Shown piece after piece: positions 55,229 to 64,000 of a stretch of 64,000 bases of DNA. The translations under genes were made by a program, and so were the position numbers. The stretch covers positions 64,001 to 128,000 of the forward strand of contig CAVQEQ010000001.1 in the NCBI GenBank assembly GCA_963711565.1. Reading direction: 5' to 3'. The stretch is from an uncultured delta proteobacterium (GTDB lineage: Bacteria > Desulfobacterota > Binatia > Binatales > Binataceae). Within the stretch, counting starts at the first letter, position 1. Each line of letters begins with the position of its first letter. Under the pieces are notes generated by a model. That model did no database searches. It had not been told where the DNA came from and worked only from the letters and a program-made list of their open reading frames with translations.

Positions 55229-55630
55229 ATGGAGATGACGCTGGATGAGCAGAAAGAACGTGCGGTCAAGTTTATCAAGGCGCTCGAGTGGCCCGAGGCG
55301 GAGACGCTGGCATCGATGGTCACCGACGACTTCGAGTTCGATCCGATGGGCAGGCTGAAGCAGGTCCCGGTGCTCCACGGCAAGGCGGCCACGAAGCTGA
55401 TGGAGTCCACGTTGCGGCGCGCATTTCCCAATCGTCTCAAGATGACGGTGCTGACGGTGATCGCGGAGGCGAATCAGGTTGCAATCCAGGCCGAGTCGGA
55501 AGCGATCACGGACAAGGGCAGGCAGTACGCGAACCGATATCACTTCTACATTCGATTCGCGGGTGACAAGATCGCGCAGGTCCGCGAGTACAACGACACC
55601 GATCACGTACGCCAGGTTATTTTCAGCTAG
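55229..55630 (+). CDS. SnoaL/NTF2-like protein
   Basis: IAE...VA, YANRY, KI..VREYND. Confidence 0.82.
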   Translation: MEMTLDEQKERAVKFIKALEWPEAETLASMVTDDFEFDPMGRLKQVPVLHGKAATKLMESTLRRAFPNRLKMTVLTVIAEANQVAIQAESEAITDKGRQYANRYHFYIRFAGDKIAQVREYNDTDHVRQVIFS

Positions 55631-55665
55631 ACGACGGCGCCGCCAGAGTTTCGGAGAAATCGCAG

Positions 55666-56778
55666 ATGCAAATCGAATATCGCGCGGAAGTGATTGGTTC
55701 GATGCTGCGGCCGGCTTATCTCAAGGACGCGCGCAAGCGATGGGAGGCGGGCAGCCTCGGCACGCGCGACTTCAAGCGTCTCGAAGATCGCGCCGTCGAT
55801 GAAATGATCGCGTTGCAGGAACGATGCGGCGTCAACGTCGTGACCGACGGGGAGATGCGGCGCACCCATTTCATCGCGCCGCTGACCGACGTGATTTCGG
55901 GCGTCAAGCCGATCCCCGCATTTACTCGCGTGTGGCGTCGGCCGCATGAGAAGAATCAGAAAGCCGATCAGACCGACATCCAGGTGCAATACGCGGTGGT
56001 GGATCGGATTCATCGACTGCGATCGCTCACCAATGAGGAGTTCGCGTATGCACGCGGGCGTGCGACGAAGCCGCTTAAGGTCACACTGCCGAGTCCGTTG
56101 ATGATGACGCTGCGGTGGTCGCCGGAACATTCGCGCGCCGCATATCCCGATCCGTTCGCGCTGTTCCGCGACGCGGCGGATATTGTGCGCGATGAAGCGC
56201 GCGAACTGGCAGCGCTCGGCTGCGAGTATATCCAGATCGACGCGCCCGAGCTCGGGATGCTGTGCGATCCGGATCGTCGCCGCGAGGATTTTGCCGCGCG
56301 CGGGATGGATCCCGAGCGGCTGCTGACCGAGGGCATCGACATCATCAACTCAGTCGCCGAGGTCAGCGGCGTCACCTTCGCACTTCATCTGTGCCGCGGC
56401 AACAACAAGGGCTACTACGTGGGCGAAGGCGGCTACGAGTCGATCGCAAAGCAGGTCTTTCAGCGCGCGCGCAACTTCGCGCGCTTCCTGCTCGAATACG
56501 ACGACTGGCGTTCCGGTTCCTTCGAGCCTTTGCGCGAGATTCCCTCCGATAAAAGCGTGGTGCTTGGTTTGATCTCGACCAAGCGGGTCGAGCTTGAATC
56601 GGCGGCAGGAGTCGTCGAGCGGATCGACGAGGCAAGCAAATTTTTTCCGCGCGAGAAGATGGCGCTGTCCACGCAATGCGGTTTCGGCACTGTGTGGGAG
56701 GGCAATCCAATTCCCGAATCGACGCAGGAAGCGAAGCTGCGGCTGGTCGCCGAAATCGCGCACCGCGTGTGGCGATGA
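55666..56778 (+). CDS. Cobalamin-independent methionine synthase II family (single MetE domain)
   Basis: GSMLRP, TDGEMRR, YIQIDAP, HLCRGN, LEYD, QCGF. Confidence 0.9.
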   Translation: MQIEYRAEVIGSMLRPAYLKDARKRWEAGSLGTRDFKRLEDRAVDEMIALQERCGVNVVTDGEMRRTHFIAPLTDVISGVKPIPAFTRVWRRPHEKNQKADQTDIQVQYAVVDRIHRLRSLTNEEFAYARGRATKPLKVTLPSPLMMTLRWSPEHSRAAYPDPFALFRDAADIVRDEARELAALGCEYIQIDAPELGMLCDPDRRREDFAARGMDPERLLTEGIDIINSVAEVSGVTFALHLCRGNNKGYYVGEGGYESIAKQVFQRARNFARFLLEYDDWRSGSFEPLREIPSDKSVVLGLISTKRVELESAAGVVERIDEASKFFPREKMALSTQCGFGTVWEGNPIPESTQEAKLRLVAEIAHRVWR

Positions 56779-56853
56779 AGAATCGATCGGGTGGAGAAAA
56801 TCGCGATTGTGGATTAATGCTCAGGGATTAACGACGACGGAGGACTACTAACC

Positions 56854-57411
56854 GTGACTGCGAGAAAACAGCGAATCCCGTTCCGCGATTTTTCAACTCT
56901 CAGCGCCGAGGACCGCGAAAGGGCGGATCGCAACAAGGTCAACGGCGAGGTCGTCAACATTTTCAGGGTGCTGATGAACAATCCAAAGCTGGCGCGAAGC
57001 TGGTCGCGTTTCGCCGGCTACATTCTGGGCGGCCAATCGCTGCCCGCACGCGACCGCGAGATTCTGATTCTGCGCATCGGCTGGCTCAATCAGGCGCCCT
57101 ACGAATGGGAGCAGCATGTGCGAATCGGCAAGGCCGCCGGGCTCACTGACGACGAGATCGATCGCATCAGCAAGGGTCCGAAGGCCGGCTGGAACAAGCA
57201 CGACGCCGCGCTGATCCAGGCCGCCGACGATTTGCGCGAGAAGTCCGTAGTCTCCGACGAGACCTGGAAGCAGTTGTCCGAGCGCTACAGTACCGAGCAA
57301 ATGATGGACGCGGTTTTCACCATCGGCCAGTACAACCTCGTTTCGTGGGCGCTCAACAGCTTCGGCGTGCCGCTCGACGACTACCTGCCCGGCGCGCAGA
57401 AGAACGCATAA
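56854..57411 (+). CDS. Carboxymuconolactone decarboxylase/AhpD-like protein
   Basis: REILILR, YEWEQH..IG...G. Confidence 0.85.
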   Translation: MTARKQRIPFRDFSTLSAEDRERADRNKVNGEVVNIFRVLMNNPKLARSWSRFAGYILGGQSLPARDREILILRIGWLNQAPYEWEQHVRIGKAAGLTDDEIDRISKGPKAGWNKHDAALIQAADDLREKSVVSDETWKQLSERYSTEQMMDAVFTIGQYNLVSWALNSFGVPLDDYLPGAQKNA

Positions 57412-57436
57412 CGATCGAAAAGCGGTGACGTGAAAA

Positions 57437-58222
57437 ATGGATCTTCAACTCGAGGGAAAGACCGCGCTGATTCTAGGCGGCAGCAAAGGACTCGGACGCG
57501 GCGTCGCCGATGCGCTCGCGGCTGAAGGCGTTGCGGTCGCGCTGGTTGCGCGCGGACAGGAGGCTCTGGATCGCGCCGTCGCGGAAATCACGTCGCGCGG
57601 CGCGAAGGCGGTCGGGTTTGCGGCGGACCTCGCGAATTGGCCGAGCGTCGAGGATGCCGCCAACGCGGCGCGCAAACAGCTCGGCGCGATCGACATCCTA
57701 CTGAACAATTCCGGCGGGCCGCCGCCGTCCGGTGTCGCCGGAGTGCCGGCCAAGGTCTGGGAAGATCAGTTCCACGCGATGGTGATGCCGCTGTTTCGAA
57801 TCACCGACTTGCTGATCGGCGACATGCGCGCGCGCAAATGGGGACGCATCCTGAACATCGCCTCGACCAGCGTGGTCGAGCCGCTCGCCGCGATCGGAGT
57901 GTCGAATACGCTGCGCAGTGCGATCGTCGGATGGGCCAAGACGCTGGCGACGGAAACCGCGCGCGACGGAATTACCGTCAACACTCTTCTGCCCGGCGCG
58001 ATTAGCACGGATCGCACAGTGCAACTCAGCCGTGCGACTGCTGAGCGGCAGAAAATTTCTGTCGAGGAGGCAATCCAACGCAGCGCGCAAGCGATTCCGG
58101 TCGGACGCTTCGGCACGCCCGCGGAATTCGGCGCAGTCGCAGCATTCCTCGCGAGTCCGTTGGCAGCCTACGTCACGGGCTCGTTGATTCGCATCGACGG
58201 CGGCGCACTGCGCTCGGTTTGA
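57437..58222 (+). CDS. SDR oxidoreductase (atypical)
   Basis: GGSKGLG, NSGGPP, SNTLR, GRFGTPAEF. Confidence 0.9.
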   Translation: MDLQLEGKTALILGGSKGLGRGVADALAAEGVAVALVARGQEALDRAVAEITSRGAKAVGFAADLANWPSVEDAANAARKQLGAIDILLNNSGGPPPSGVAGVPAKVWEDQFHAMVMPLFRITDLLIGDMRARKWGRILNIASTSVVEPLAAIGVSNTLRSAIVGWAKTLATETARDGITVNTLLPGAISTDRTVQLSRATAERQKISVEEAIQRSAQAIPVGRFGTPAEFGAVAAFLASPLAAYVTGSLIRIDGGALRSV

Positions 58223-58225
58223 AAC

Positions 58226-59173
58226 ATGAGTAACGTGCTGCCGCTGAGTTCCAATATCCGGTTCGGCGCGATGGCGACCGCTGCCGATCGCGATCACGCG
58301 CTCAAGACCGTCCGCACCCTGTCGGAGTGGGGTTACGAAGGTATCTGGACGGGCGACCACGTCGCTTTCACTGGACCGATCGACGATTCCTTGACCCAGC
58401 TCACCTACCTGTCCGCGCTGAATCCGGATCTGATTTTCGGCACCAGCATCTACCTGCTGCCGCTGCGTCATCCCACGACAGTTGCGAAGATGGTCGCGAC
58501 GGTGGACCGTCTGATGGGCGCGGGACATTTCATTTTCGGCGTCGGCGTCGGCGGCGAATTCCCGCGCGAGTACGAAGCTTGCGGCGTCCCGCTCAAACAA
58601 CGCGGCGGACGCGCGAACGAATCGATAGAAATAATCAAGCGACTGTGGACCGGCGAACCGGTCGAGTATCGCGGCAAATATTTCAGCTTCGGAAAAATTA
58701 CGATGCTGCCGAAACCGCGCACGCCCGGCGGACCTCCCGTGTGGGTCGGCGGACGCGCCGAAGCCGCACTAAAGCGCGCTGCCCTGCTGGGCGACGGCTG
58801 GATGCCGTACGTCGTGACGCCCAAACGCGTCGCCGACGGTCTCGAGTTCATCGCGCGCGAGGCGGAAAAGGCCGGCCGCAAGATCGAGCACTTCGGCACC
58901 GCCTTGCATCTGTTCGTGACGATCGGGCCCACCTATGAAGCTGCGCTCGACGTCGCGGCAACGCACCTGAGCAAGCGCTATGCGATGGACTTTCGCGAAC
59001 CCGCCAAGCGATACGCGGCTGTGGGGAAGCCTGCCAACGTCGCCGCCAGAATCGACGAGTTCGTCAAGGCGGGGATTCGCGACGTCAATGTGGATATCAT
59101 CTCGGCGCCGGCGGACCGCGACGCACAGCATGAGCAGTTCGCGCGGGAAGTGATCCCCCTGCTGCGCCGATAA
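58226..59173 (+). CDS. LLM-class flavin/F420-dependent oxidoreductase
   Basis: WTGDH, LPLRHP..VAK, GVGVG, PPVWVGG, GDGW. Confidence 0.88.
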   Translation: MSNVLPLSSNIRFGAMATAADRDHALKTVRTLSEWGYEGIWTGDHVAFTGPIDDSLTQLTYLSALNPDLIFGTSIYLLPLRHPTTVAKMVATVDRLMGAGHFIFGVGVGGEFPREYEACGVPLKQRGGRANESIEIIKRLWTGEPVEYRGKYFSFGKITMLPKPRTPGGPPVWVGGRAEAALKRAALLGDGWMPYVVTPKRVADGLEFIAREAEKAGRKIEHFGTALHLFVTIGPTYEAALDVAATHLSKRYAMDFREPAKRYAAVGKPANVAARIDEFVKAGIRDVNVDIISAPADRDAQHEQFAREVIPLLRR

Positions 59174-59175
59174 GA

Positions 59176-59619
59176 CTATCGCCAGGTCAGTTTGTTCTTG
59201 ACGCCGACCACGCCCGGCGTATTCATCGCGATCGATTCCGCTTGCCGGGCCTCTTCGGCTGACGCCACCACACCGCTCAACTGTACCGTGCCGTGATCGC
59301 AATCGACCTCAACCGGATATCGATCCGAGATACCCAGCTCGGCCAGCGACCTCTTTACCTCGGTTATCACCAGGTCGTCGTTCGCGCGTTCGGCGGGAGA
59401 ATTGTAAATGTGCTCGGCTGAAGTTTGCACCTTGTCATGTTCTACCGTCAGCGACTGATCGGTGGTTCCGGCCGGAGCGCCAGTTGCCGCGCCAGGCGCA
59501 TTATCGGACATGCCCTGCTGCGCGTGCGAGTTCGAAACCGACATCGAGACAGTCGCAAGACCGCACAGCACCATCACACCGACAACCTTGATTCTTTTGA
59601 GTTCCATACGATTAGCCAC
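59176..59619 (-). CDS. Exported BON-domain protein
   Basis: Signal peptide; GTVQLSG, PGVVGVKNKL. Confidence 0.85.
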   Translation of the reverse strand: MANRMELKRIKVVGVMVLCGLATVSMSVSNSHAQQGMSDNAPGAATGAPAGTTDQSLTVEHDKVQTSAEHIYNSPAERANDDLVITEVKRSLAELGISDRYPVEVDCDHGTVQLSGVVASAEEARQAESIAMNTPGVVGVKNKLTWR

Positions 59620-59672
59620 ACGGGCACGGAGAAATAGTATCTCTCCGTGCCCATGATTAGGCAGTCAGATAG

Positions 59673-60050
59673 CTAGTTGCTTTCCTGGTAGGTCTTCTTC
59701 TGGTACGTCGTGGTCGTCTCGTTCTGCGGCGGGGCCGTCGGAATCGTGGCCATCGGCGTCACAGTCGAAGACTCGCTGTGATACGCGCTCGAGCTCTCCT
59801 GAGTTGCGTTGTTGCCGGTGTCGGTCGAGTCTGACGCGCTCTTTTCCTCGGTGGTGGTCACCGTACTCGGCGGCGATACCATTACGGGCGCCGGCTGAAC
59901 GACGACCTGCGCCGGCGGCGGCTCAACTGGTACATACGAAGTTGTGGAGCTTATCTCCTTCACGGGTTGCGGAGACGATCCGCAACCTCCCAGGAAAGAT
60001 AACGCCGTGAGACTAAGCAGTGAAATAGCAACTTTGATCGAATTCCTCAT
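59673..60050 (-). CDS. Ser/Thr/Pro-rich lipoprotein
   Basis: Lipobox LGGC; SD AAGGAGG. Confidence 0.7.
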   Translation of the reverse strand: MRNSIKVAISLLSLTALSFLGGCGSSPQPVKEISSTTSYVPVEPPPAQVVVQPAPVMVSPPSTVTTTEEKSASDSTDTGNNATQESSSAYHSESSTVTPMATIPTAPPQNETTTTYQKKTYQESN

Positions 60051-60137
60051 GACATGAACCTCCTTGATCTGCACAGACTGGAACAAATTAGCTATTGGTC
60101 GGTTGAAAGTAGTAATCGGAAGTAGAATCTCGGATAG

Positions 60138-60428
60138 TTACTCGACTGAGATCCGCCACGGAATCTCGTTATTCACTATCTCCATGTCAGCTATACTGTC
60201 AGCGACAAATACCGCGCGCTCCGCTGCGTCCCATGAATCGGCATTGCCCGGCATGGTAACGACGCCGTGATCCGTGTGGACTTTAATGACGCTTCGCCTG
60301 ACCGGAAGTGAATCCCCGGCAACCCGATATTGCATTGCGGGGGAATGGTTCAGGCAAAATGCGGGTCCAACGATTGCCATGGCGGCGATCGTGACTGTCG
60401 ACATAACAAACTGTACTTTGCTTTTCAT
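60138..60428 (-). CDS. Divergent BON-domain protein
   Basis: IKVHTDHGVVTM.G, VNNEI; GGAGG SD. Confidence 0.6.
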   Translation of the reverse strand: MKSKVQFVMSTVTIAAMAIVGPAFCLNHSPAMQYRVAGDSLPVRRSVIKVHTDHGVVTMPGNADSWDAAERAVFVADSIADMEIVNNEIPWRISVE

Positions 60429-60461
60429 GTCGCCTCCGCCGTCAGTGGGTCTGGTGCGCAA

Positions 60462-60878
60462 CTAGTCGGTGTTCGCAGAGGTGATCACCATGAGCTGGTT
60501 GTTCACGCTCTGGACTCCACTGACTTGTTCCGCGAGCTGCATCGCATGCTGCGCGATCTCGGGCGAGGACACGCTGCCCTTCAGAGTTACAACTCCGGCG
60601 ATCGTGTCGACGTGTATTTCGGAGGATCTGACGTCCTTGTCGCGCGCCAACGCGGTTTTGACCTCGGCCGTGATCGTCGTGTCCTTAACCGCGCGTTCGG
60701 TTCCGCTGTACGCGTCCTTCGCGGCCGCCGCGGTGTCCGAGCCCGCCTGCTCGATCTTTTGACCGGCCTGATCCATCTGCTGGCTTGCCGGCTCGTTCTG
60801 GGCGAACGCGGGAATTGACAAAACCATTCCGAAAAGAACTGTCGGTACAATTAGGTTAAAGGAGTGTCTGATCTTCAT
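60462..60878 (-). CDS. Exported BON-domain (OsmY-like) protein
   Basis: Signal peptide; DTTITAEVKTAL, GVVTLKG, GVQSVNNQL. Confidence 0.9.
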   Translation of the reverse strand: MKIRHSFNLIVPTVLFGMVLSIPAFAQNEPASQQMDQAGQKIEQAGSDTAAAAKDAYSGTERAVKDTTITAEVKTALARDKDVRSSEIHVDTIAGVVTLKGSVSSPEIAQHAMQLAEQVSGVQSVNNQLMVITSANTD

Positions 60879-60921
60879 AATCTCATTCCTCTGCGAGATT
60901 CCTCGCCACAACCAACTACTC

Positions 60922-60937
60922 AGCAAGTATAGGGCCA
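60922..60937 (-). promoter_or_regulatory. Sigma-54 promoter of the BON cluster
   Basis: Minus strand TGGCCCTATACTTGCT, ~45 bp above ATG. Confidence 0.7.
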
Positions 60938-61031
60938 CGCGCATAAATCGCTGGCCGGCAGGGCTTTTTTCCGAATCTTGGGGGTAATTTCTTCACGATT
61001 CCGATTGCACGGAATCGGTGACAACGAGTCG

Positions 61032-61754
61032 CTAAGGTGCGGGTGGGCTAGCTGAATCGGCGACTTTCGGCAGCGGCGCGAGCAAGGTTGAGGCTTTCGT
61101 CGCGAGGCTCATCGCGGCGACATTGTCGCGCTCGGCCAGAGACTCCCGGGCCTCGAGCAACAATTTCTGCGCGAGAATATCACGTTGAGAATCGTCGGCA
61201 CTCAAATTTGTACGGTCAACTCGTTTTTCGATTCCGTCGACATCCTGGATCAATTTAGCCGCTTTCGCCGGATCGCCGTCGGCCGACCCCGACGATTCCA
61301 GCGAGGGAGAACTCTGCCCAGCGGCTCCCGCAGCGGGTGCGACGCTCGCAGCCGACCCTCTCGCTGACGGCGTCGCGAGAGTGCCGGACGCCGGCGCGCC
61401 AGGCTTTGGTTCCAGACTTACTTCTGCGCCGGTATTCGATGGAGTGCCCGACGGCTTCGCAGCGACATGCGCCTGCCGGGTGGGTTTCTTCGCCGTATGT
61501 CCCTGGGTTTCCCCTGCTTGCGGAGTTGGAGTCGCAGTGGGGGTTGCAGTCGGAATCGGACTCGCGGTCGGCGTCGGAGATTCAGAAGGCGACAGGCGGC
61601 TGAAGAAGTCGCTTACGCTCGACGTGTTCGGCGTGCCGCTAGAGCATCCGGCCGCCAAGATCAGCGGCATCGAAAGCATGCCGAGGACCGGCGCGAGGAC
61701 CCGCCGATTGAATCGCTTATGCGGCGCTGGATTCGGCTGATTTGGCAGGCGCAT
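61032..61754 (-). CDS. Pro/Thr-rich putative lipoprotein; start uncertain
   Basis: LAAGC lipobox-like, PT repeats, helical C-terminal domain. Confidence 0.65.
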   Translation of the reverse strand: MRLPNQPNPAPHKRFNRRVLAPVLGMLSMPLILAAGCSSGTPNTSSVSDFFSRLSPSESPTPTASPIPTATPTATPTPQAGETQGHTAKKPTRQAHVAAKPSGTPSNTGAEVSLEPKPGAPASGTLATPSARGSAASVAPAAGAAGQSSPSLESSGSADGDPAKAAKLIQDVDGIEKRVDRTNLSADDSQRDILAQKLLLEARESLAERDNVAAMSLATKASTLLAPLPKVADSASPPAP

Positions 61755-63522
61755 TTGCTGCAATCGGAATCGTTACCTTGCAAATCGTACCTTGTCCCAA
61801 TTCCGAATCTATAGCTATCTTCCCGCCGTTGAGTTCGATTGCCCGCATCGCGAACGGCAGTCCCAGCCCGCTCCCGCCAGCCTTGGTTGTGTAATACAAG
61901 TCGAAAATCCGATCCAGTTGCGCTTTGCCGATTCCGGGACCGCGGTCCGCCACCGTGACTTCGACCGACGATGCTTGCATCCTGCTGGCCAGCGTCAATC
62001 CGCCGCCATCGGGCATCGCTTGTTCGGCGTTGGCGATCAGATTCGAGAGCGCTTCGTAGATTAGCCCTCGATCGGCTTGAACCGGCGGCAGCGTAGGTTC
62101 GAGTTGATACTCGACTTTGATCTTTTCGGCATTCACCCGCGCGCCGAGTTCTTTGAGCAACTCGTTGATGTCGAAATCGCTCAGCTTCAATTGCTCGGGC
62201 CGCATGAACCGCAGCAGCGCCTCCACCGCCTCGTCGAGCCGCGTCACTTCGTGGCGCAACTTATCGATATGCTTTGAGCCCTTCTCGCCCGCTTCGTGGC
62301 GCAGCAGTTCGAGCCTCATGTTCATCCCGTTCAACGGGCTGCGCAGTTGATGGGCGAGGCCGGAAATCAGCGTTCCGAGCCGGGCGAGCCGATTTGACGA
62401 ATCGAGCGCCGTCTCGAGTTCGATAACCGGCTTCAGGTCTCGCAACACAATCAGCAGGCCGGCTGGAACCCGTTCGCGCCCGAGACGAAAGAATGAAACC
62501 AGGTAAGTCCCGCCCGCCGGTAGCGCCAGCGGAACGTCATGCGCCTCGGTGCCGGCCACGGTTGACTGCACCAGCGCCAGCAACGGATGCGCGCCATCGA
62601 GCGCGGAGGCGAGCGATGCGCCTTCGAGCGACGCGTTCTTCGGCGCCAGCCGCTCCTGCGCCTCTTTATTCGCGAACAGCACCACGCCGCCGGCGTCGAG
62701 CAGCACCACCGCGTCCTGGATCGAACGGACCACGTCGAACAGATGAGTCTGATCGCTGTCCAGCCGGGAGCGATCCGCCCTCACCTGCCGCGACAACTCG
62801 TTGAACTTCTCGGCCAGCGTGCTCAACTCGCCGGCGCCGGAGACGCTGACCTCCGTAGGACTCTTGCCGGCCGCCAATTGTTCGAATCCGCTGGTAAGGA
62901 TGGCGAGTTGTTCCAGAATCCGGTTGGCAATCAACAAAACCACCAGCATCGCGGCGGCGATCACCAGCCCCGCGGTCGCCAAGATCACCACCAGCAGATG
63001 GCGGGCCCGGTCCGCGATCAGCGCCGTCGTCACGCCGACCGAAATCGTCGCGGCCGGCTTGCCGTTGATATCTACTCGCCGCCGCGCTTCGTAAACCTTC
63101 GCCGTCAGCAGGCTTGGCAGCGACGTGAACAGCAGCCATCGCGACGCCTGCTCGTCCAGTTCCCTGACCGACGGCAGGTCGAGCGCGGGCTTGCCCTCGC
63201 CGTCGCCATTAGCCGCGACGATCACCGTGCCGTCGTCGGCGACGATATGCGCCGAGACCACCGCGGGTCCGAACGCCACCGTCGAATCGAGCAGCTTGCG
63301 CAATGGCTCACTCCCGCGCAGCGTGGTCGGGACGTCGGCGTCGCCTTGCGAGAGAGCCAGCCGCACTTGTTCGAAAACCTGTGCGATCATGAAGTCGGTA
63401 GATCGCGACATGTCGTGGATCATCGTGCCGATTCGGGAGTCGATCGAGATGACGCTGAGGGTGATCGTGGGAACAAGCATCAGCACGAGTGCCATCAGGG
63501 CCAGTCTTGCTCGCAAATGCAT
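61717..63522 (-). CDS. Membrane sensor histidine kinase (HAMP, PAS)
   Basis: LAHQLRSPL, NLIANA, DRGPGI, GSGLGL. Confidence 0.93.
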   Translation of the reverse strand: MHLRARLALMALVLMLVPTITLSVISIDSRIGTMIHDMSRSTDFMIAQVFEQVRLALSQGDADVPTTLRGSEPLRKLLDSTVAFGPAVVSAHIVADDGTVIVAANGDGEGKPALDLPSVRELDEQASRWLLFTSLPSLLTAKVYEARRRVDINGKPAATISVGVTTALIADRARHLLVVILATAGLVIAAAMLVVLLIANRILEQLAILTSGFEQLAAGKSPTEVSVSGAGELSTLAEKFNELSRQVRADRSRLDSDQTHLFDVVRSIQDAVVLLDAGGVVLFANKEAQERLAPKNASLEGASLASALDGAHPLLALVQSTVAGTEAHDVPLALPAGGTYLVSFFRLGRERVPAGLLIVLRDLKPVIELETALDSSNRLARLGTLISGLAHQLRSPLNGMNMRLELLRHEAGEKGSKHIDKLRHEVTRLDEAVEALLRFMRPEQLKLSDFDINELLKELGARVNAEKIKVEYQLEPTLPPVQADRGLIYEALSNLIANAEQAMPDGGGLTLASRMQASSVEVTVADRGPGIGKAQLDRIFDLYYTTKAGGSGLGLPFAMRAIELNGGKIAIDSELGQGTICKVTIPIAANAPAKSAESSAA

Positions 63523-63586
63523 AGTTTCCTCGCGCGATGGAGCCTTGCCGGCGAACCCCACTGAAGGGCGTTCCAGCCGTTTCGAG

Positions 63587-64000
63587 CTACGAGCGTTCGG
63601 AGCCGAAGCGTTCCAGTTTGTTGTACAAAGTTTTGGCGCTGACGCCAAGAATCTCGGCGGCGCGGGTCTTATTGCCGGCGGTGAACTCGATAGTCCGCGT
63701 GATCATCTCCTTCTCAACGTCGTCGAGCGAAGTGCCCAGCGGTATCTTGATGAAGCCGCCGTCGCCGCCATTGCTTGCCGCACGAAAGTCGTCGGGCAGA
63801 TCGGTCTTGCGGATGGTGTGGCCCTCGCACACGATCAGCGCACGCTCGATCACGTTGCGCAATTGCCGCACGTTGCCCGGCCACGGATGCGCCTGCAACG
63901 ACTTCATGCATTCCTCATCGACTCCGGTCACTTCCTTCTTGTTCTGCGTCGCGTAGTAATTGACGAACATCTGTGTAAGCTGCGGCAGGTCGTCGATTCG
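63587..64000 (-). CDS. Sigma-54-dependent activator (NtrC family), C-terminal part; truncated by the window
   Basis: WPGNVRQLRNVIER; Fis-type HTH GNKTRAAEILGVS.KTLYNKL. Confidence 0.92.
   Translation of the reverse strand, partial: RIDDLPQLTQMFVNYYATQNKKEVTGVDEECMKSLQAHPWPGNVRQLRNVIERALIVCEGHTIRKTDLPDDFRAASNGGDGGFIKIPLGTSLDDVEKEMITRTIEFTAGNKTRAAEILGVSAKTLYNKLERFGSERS

Noticed and set aside
60047-60055. Met-Ser-stop upstream ORF overlapping the lipoprotein start
   Set aside because: The first ATG is only 3 nt from the SD; the second has optimal spacing.

Overview
GC-rich bacterial chromosome segment. The 16S and gene content suggest a deltaproteobacteria-like lineage such as Ca. Binatota; this is an inference, not checked. 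It holds a complete minus-strand rRNA operon (16S-tRNA-Ile-tRNA-Ala-23S-5S), a prkA/yeaG-yeaH-spoVR operon, many lipid/acyl-CoA catabolic genes, a CADD-type oxidase, DAHP synthase, type III glutamine synthetase, a stress cluster (Usp, Hsp20, Lon-like, PncB), a vapBC pair, and a BON-protein cluster beside a sigma-54 two-component system. The most notable structure is non-coding. (1) A ~420-bp unit, a lone GIY-YIG nuclease between ~40-bp inverted repeats, sits inside the prkA operon and is followed by two more repeats and an aborted second copy of the gene start. (2) A 123-bp, mostly synonymously diverged duplicate of the P450 3' end brackets a secreted CAP-domain gene, with REP-like remnants at both junctions, one resembling the GIY-YIG repeat. 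(3) The P450 and the CoA-transferase share a near-identical promoter/operator module. (4) pncB has an in-frame TGA. Four genes have single-base frameshifts, probably assembly errors. All calls come from reading motifs by eye; no searches were run.
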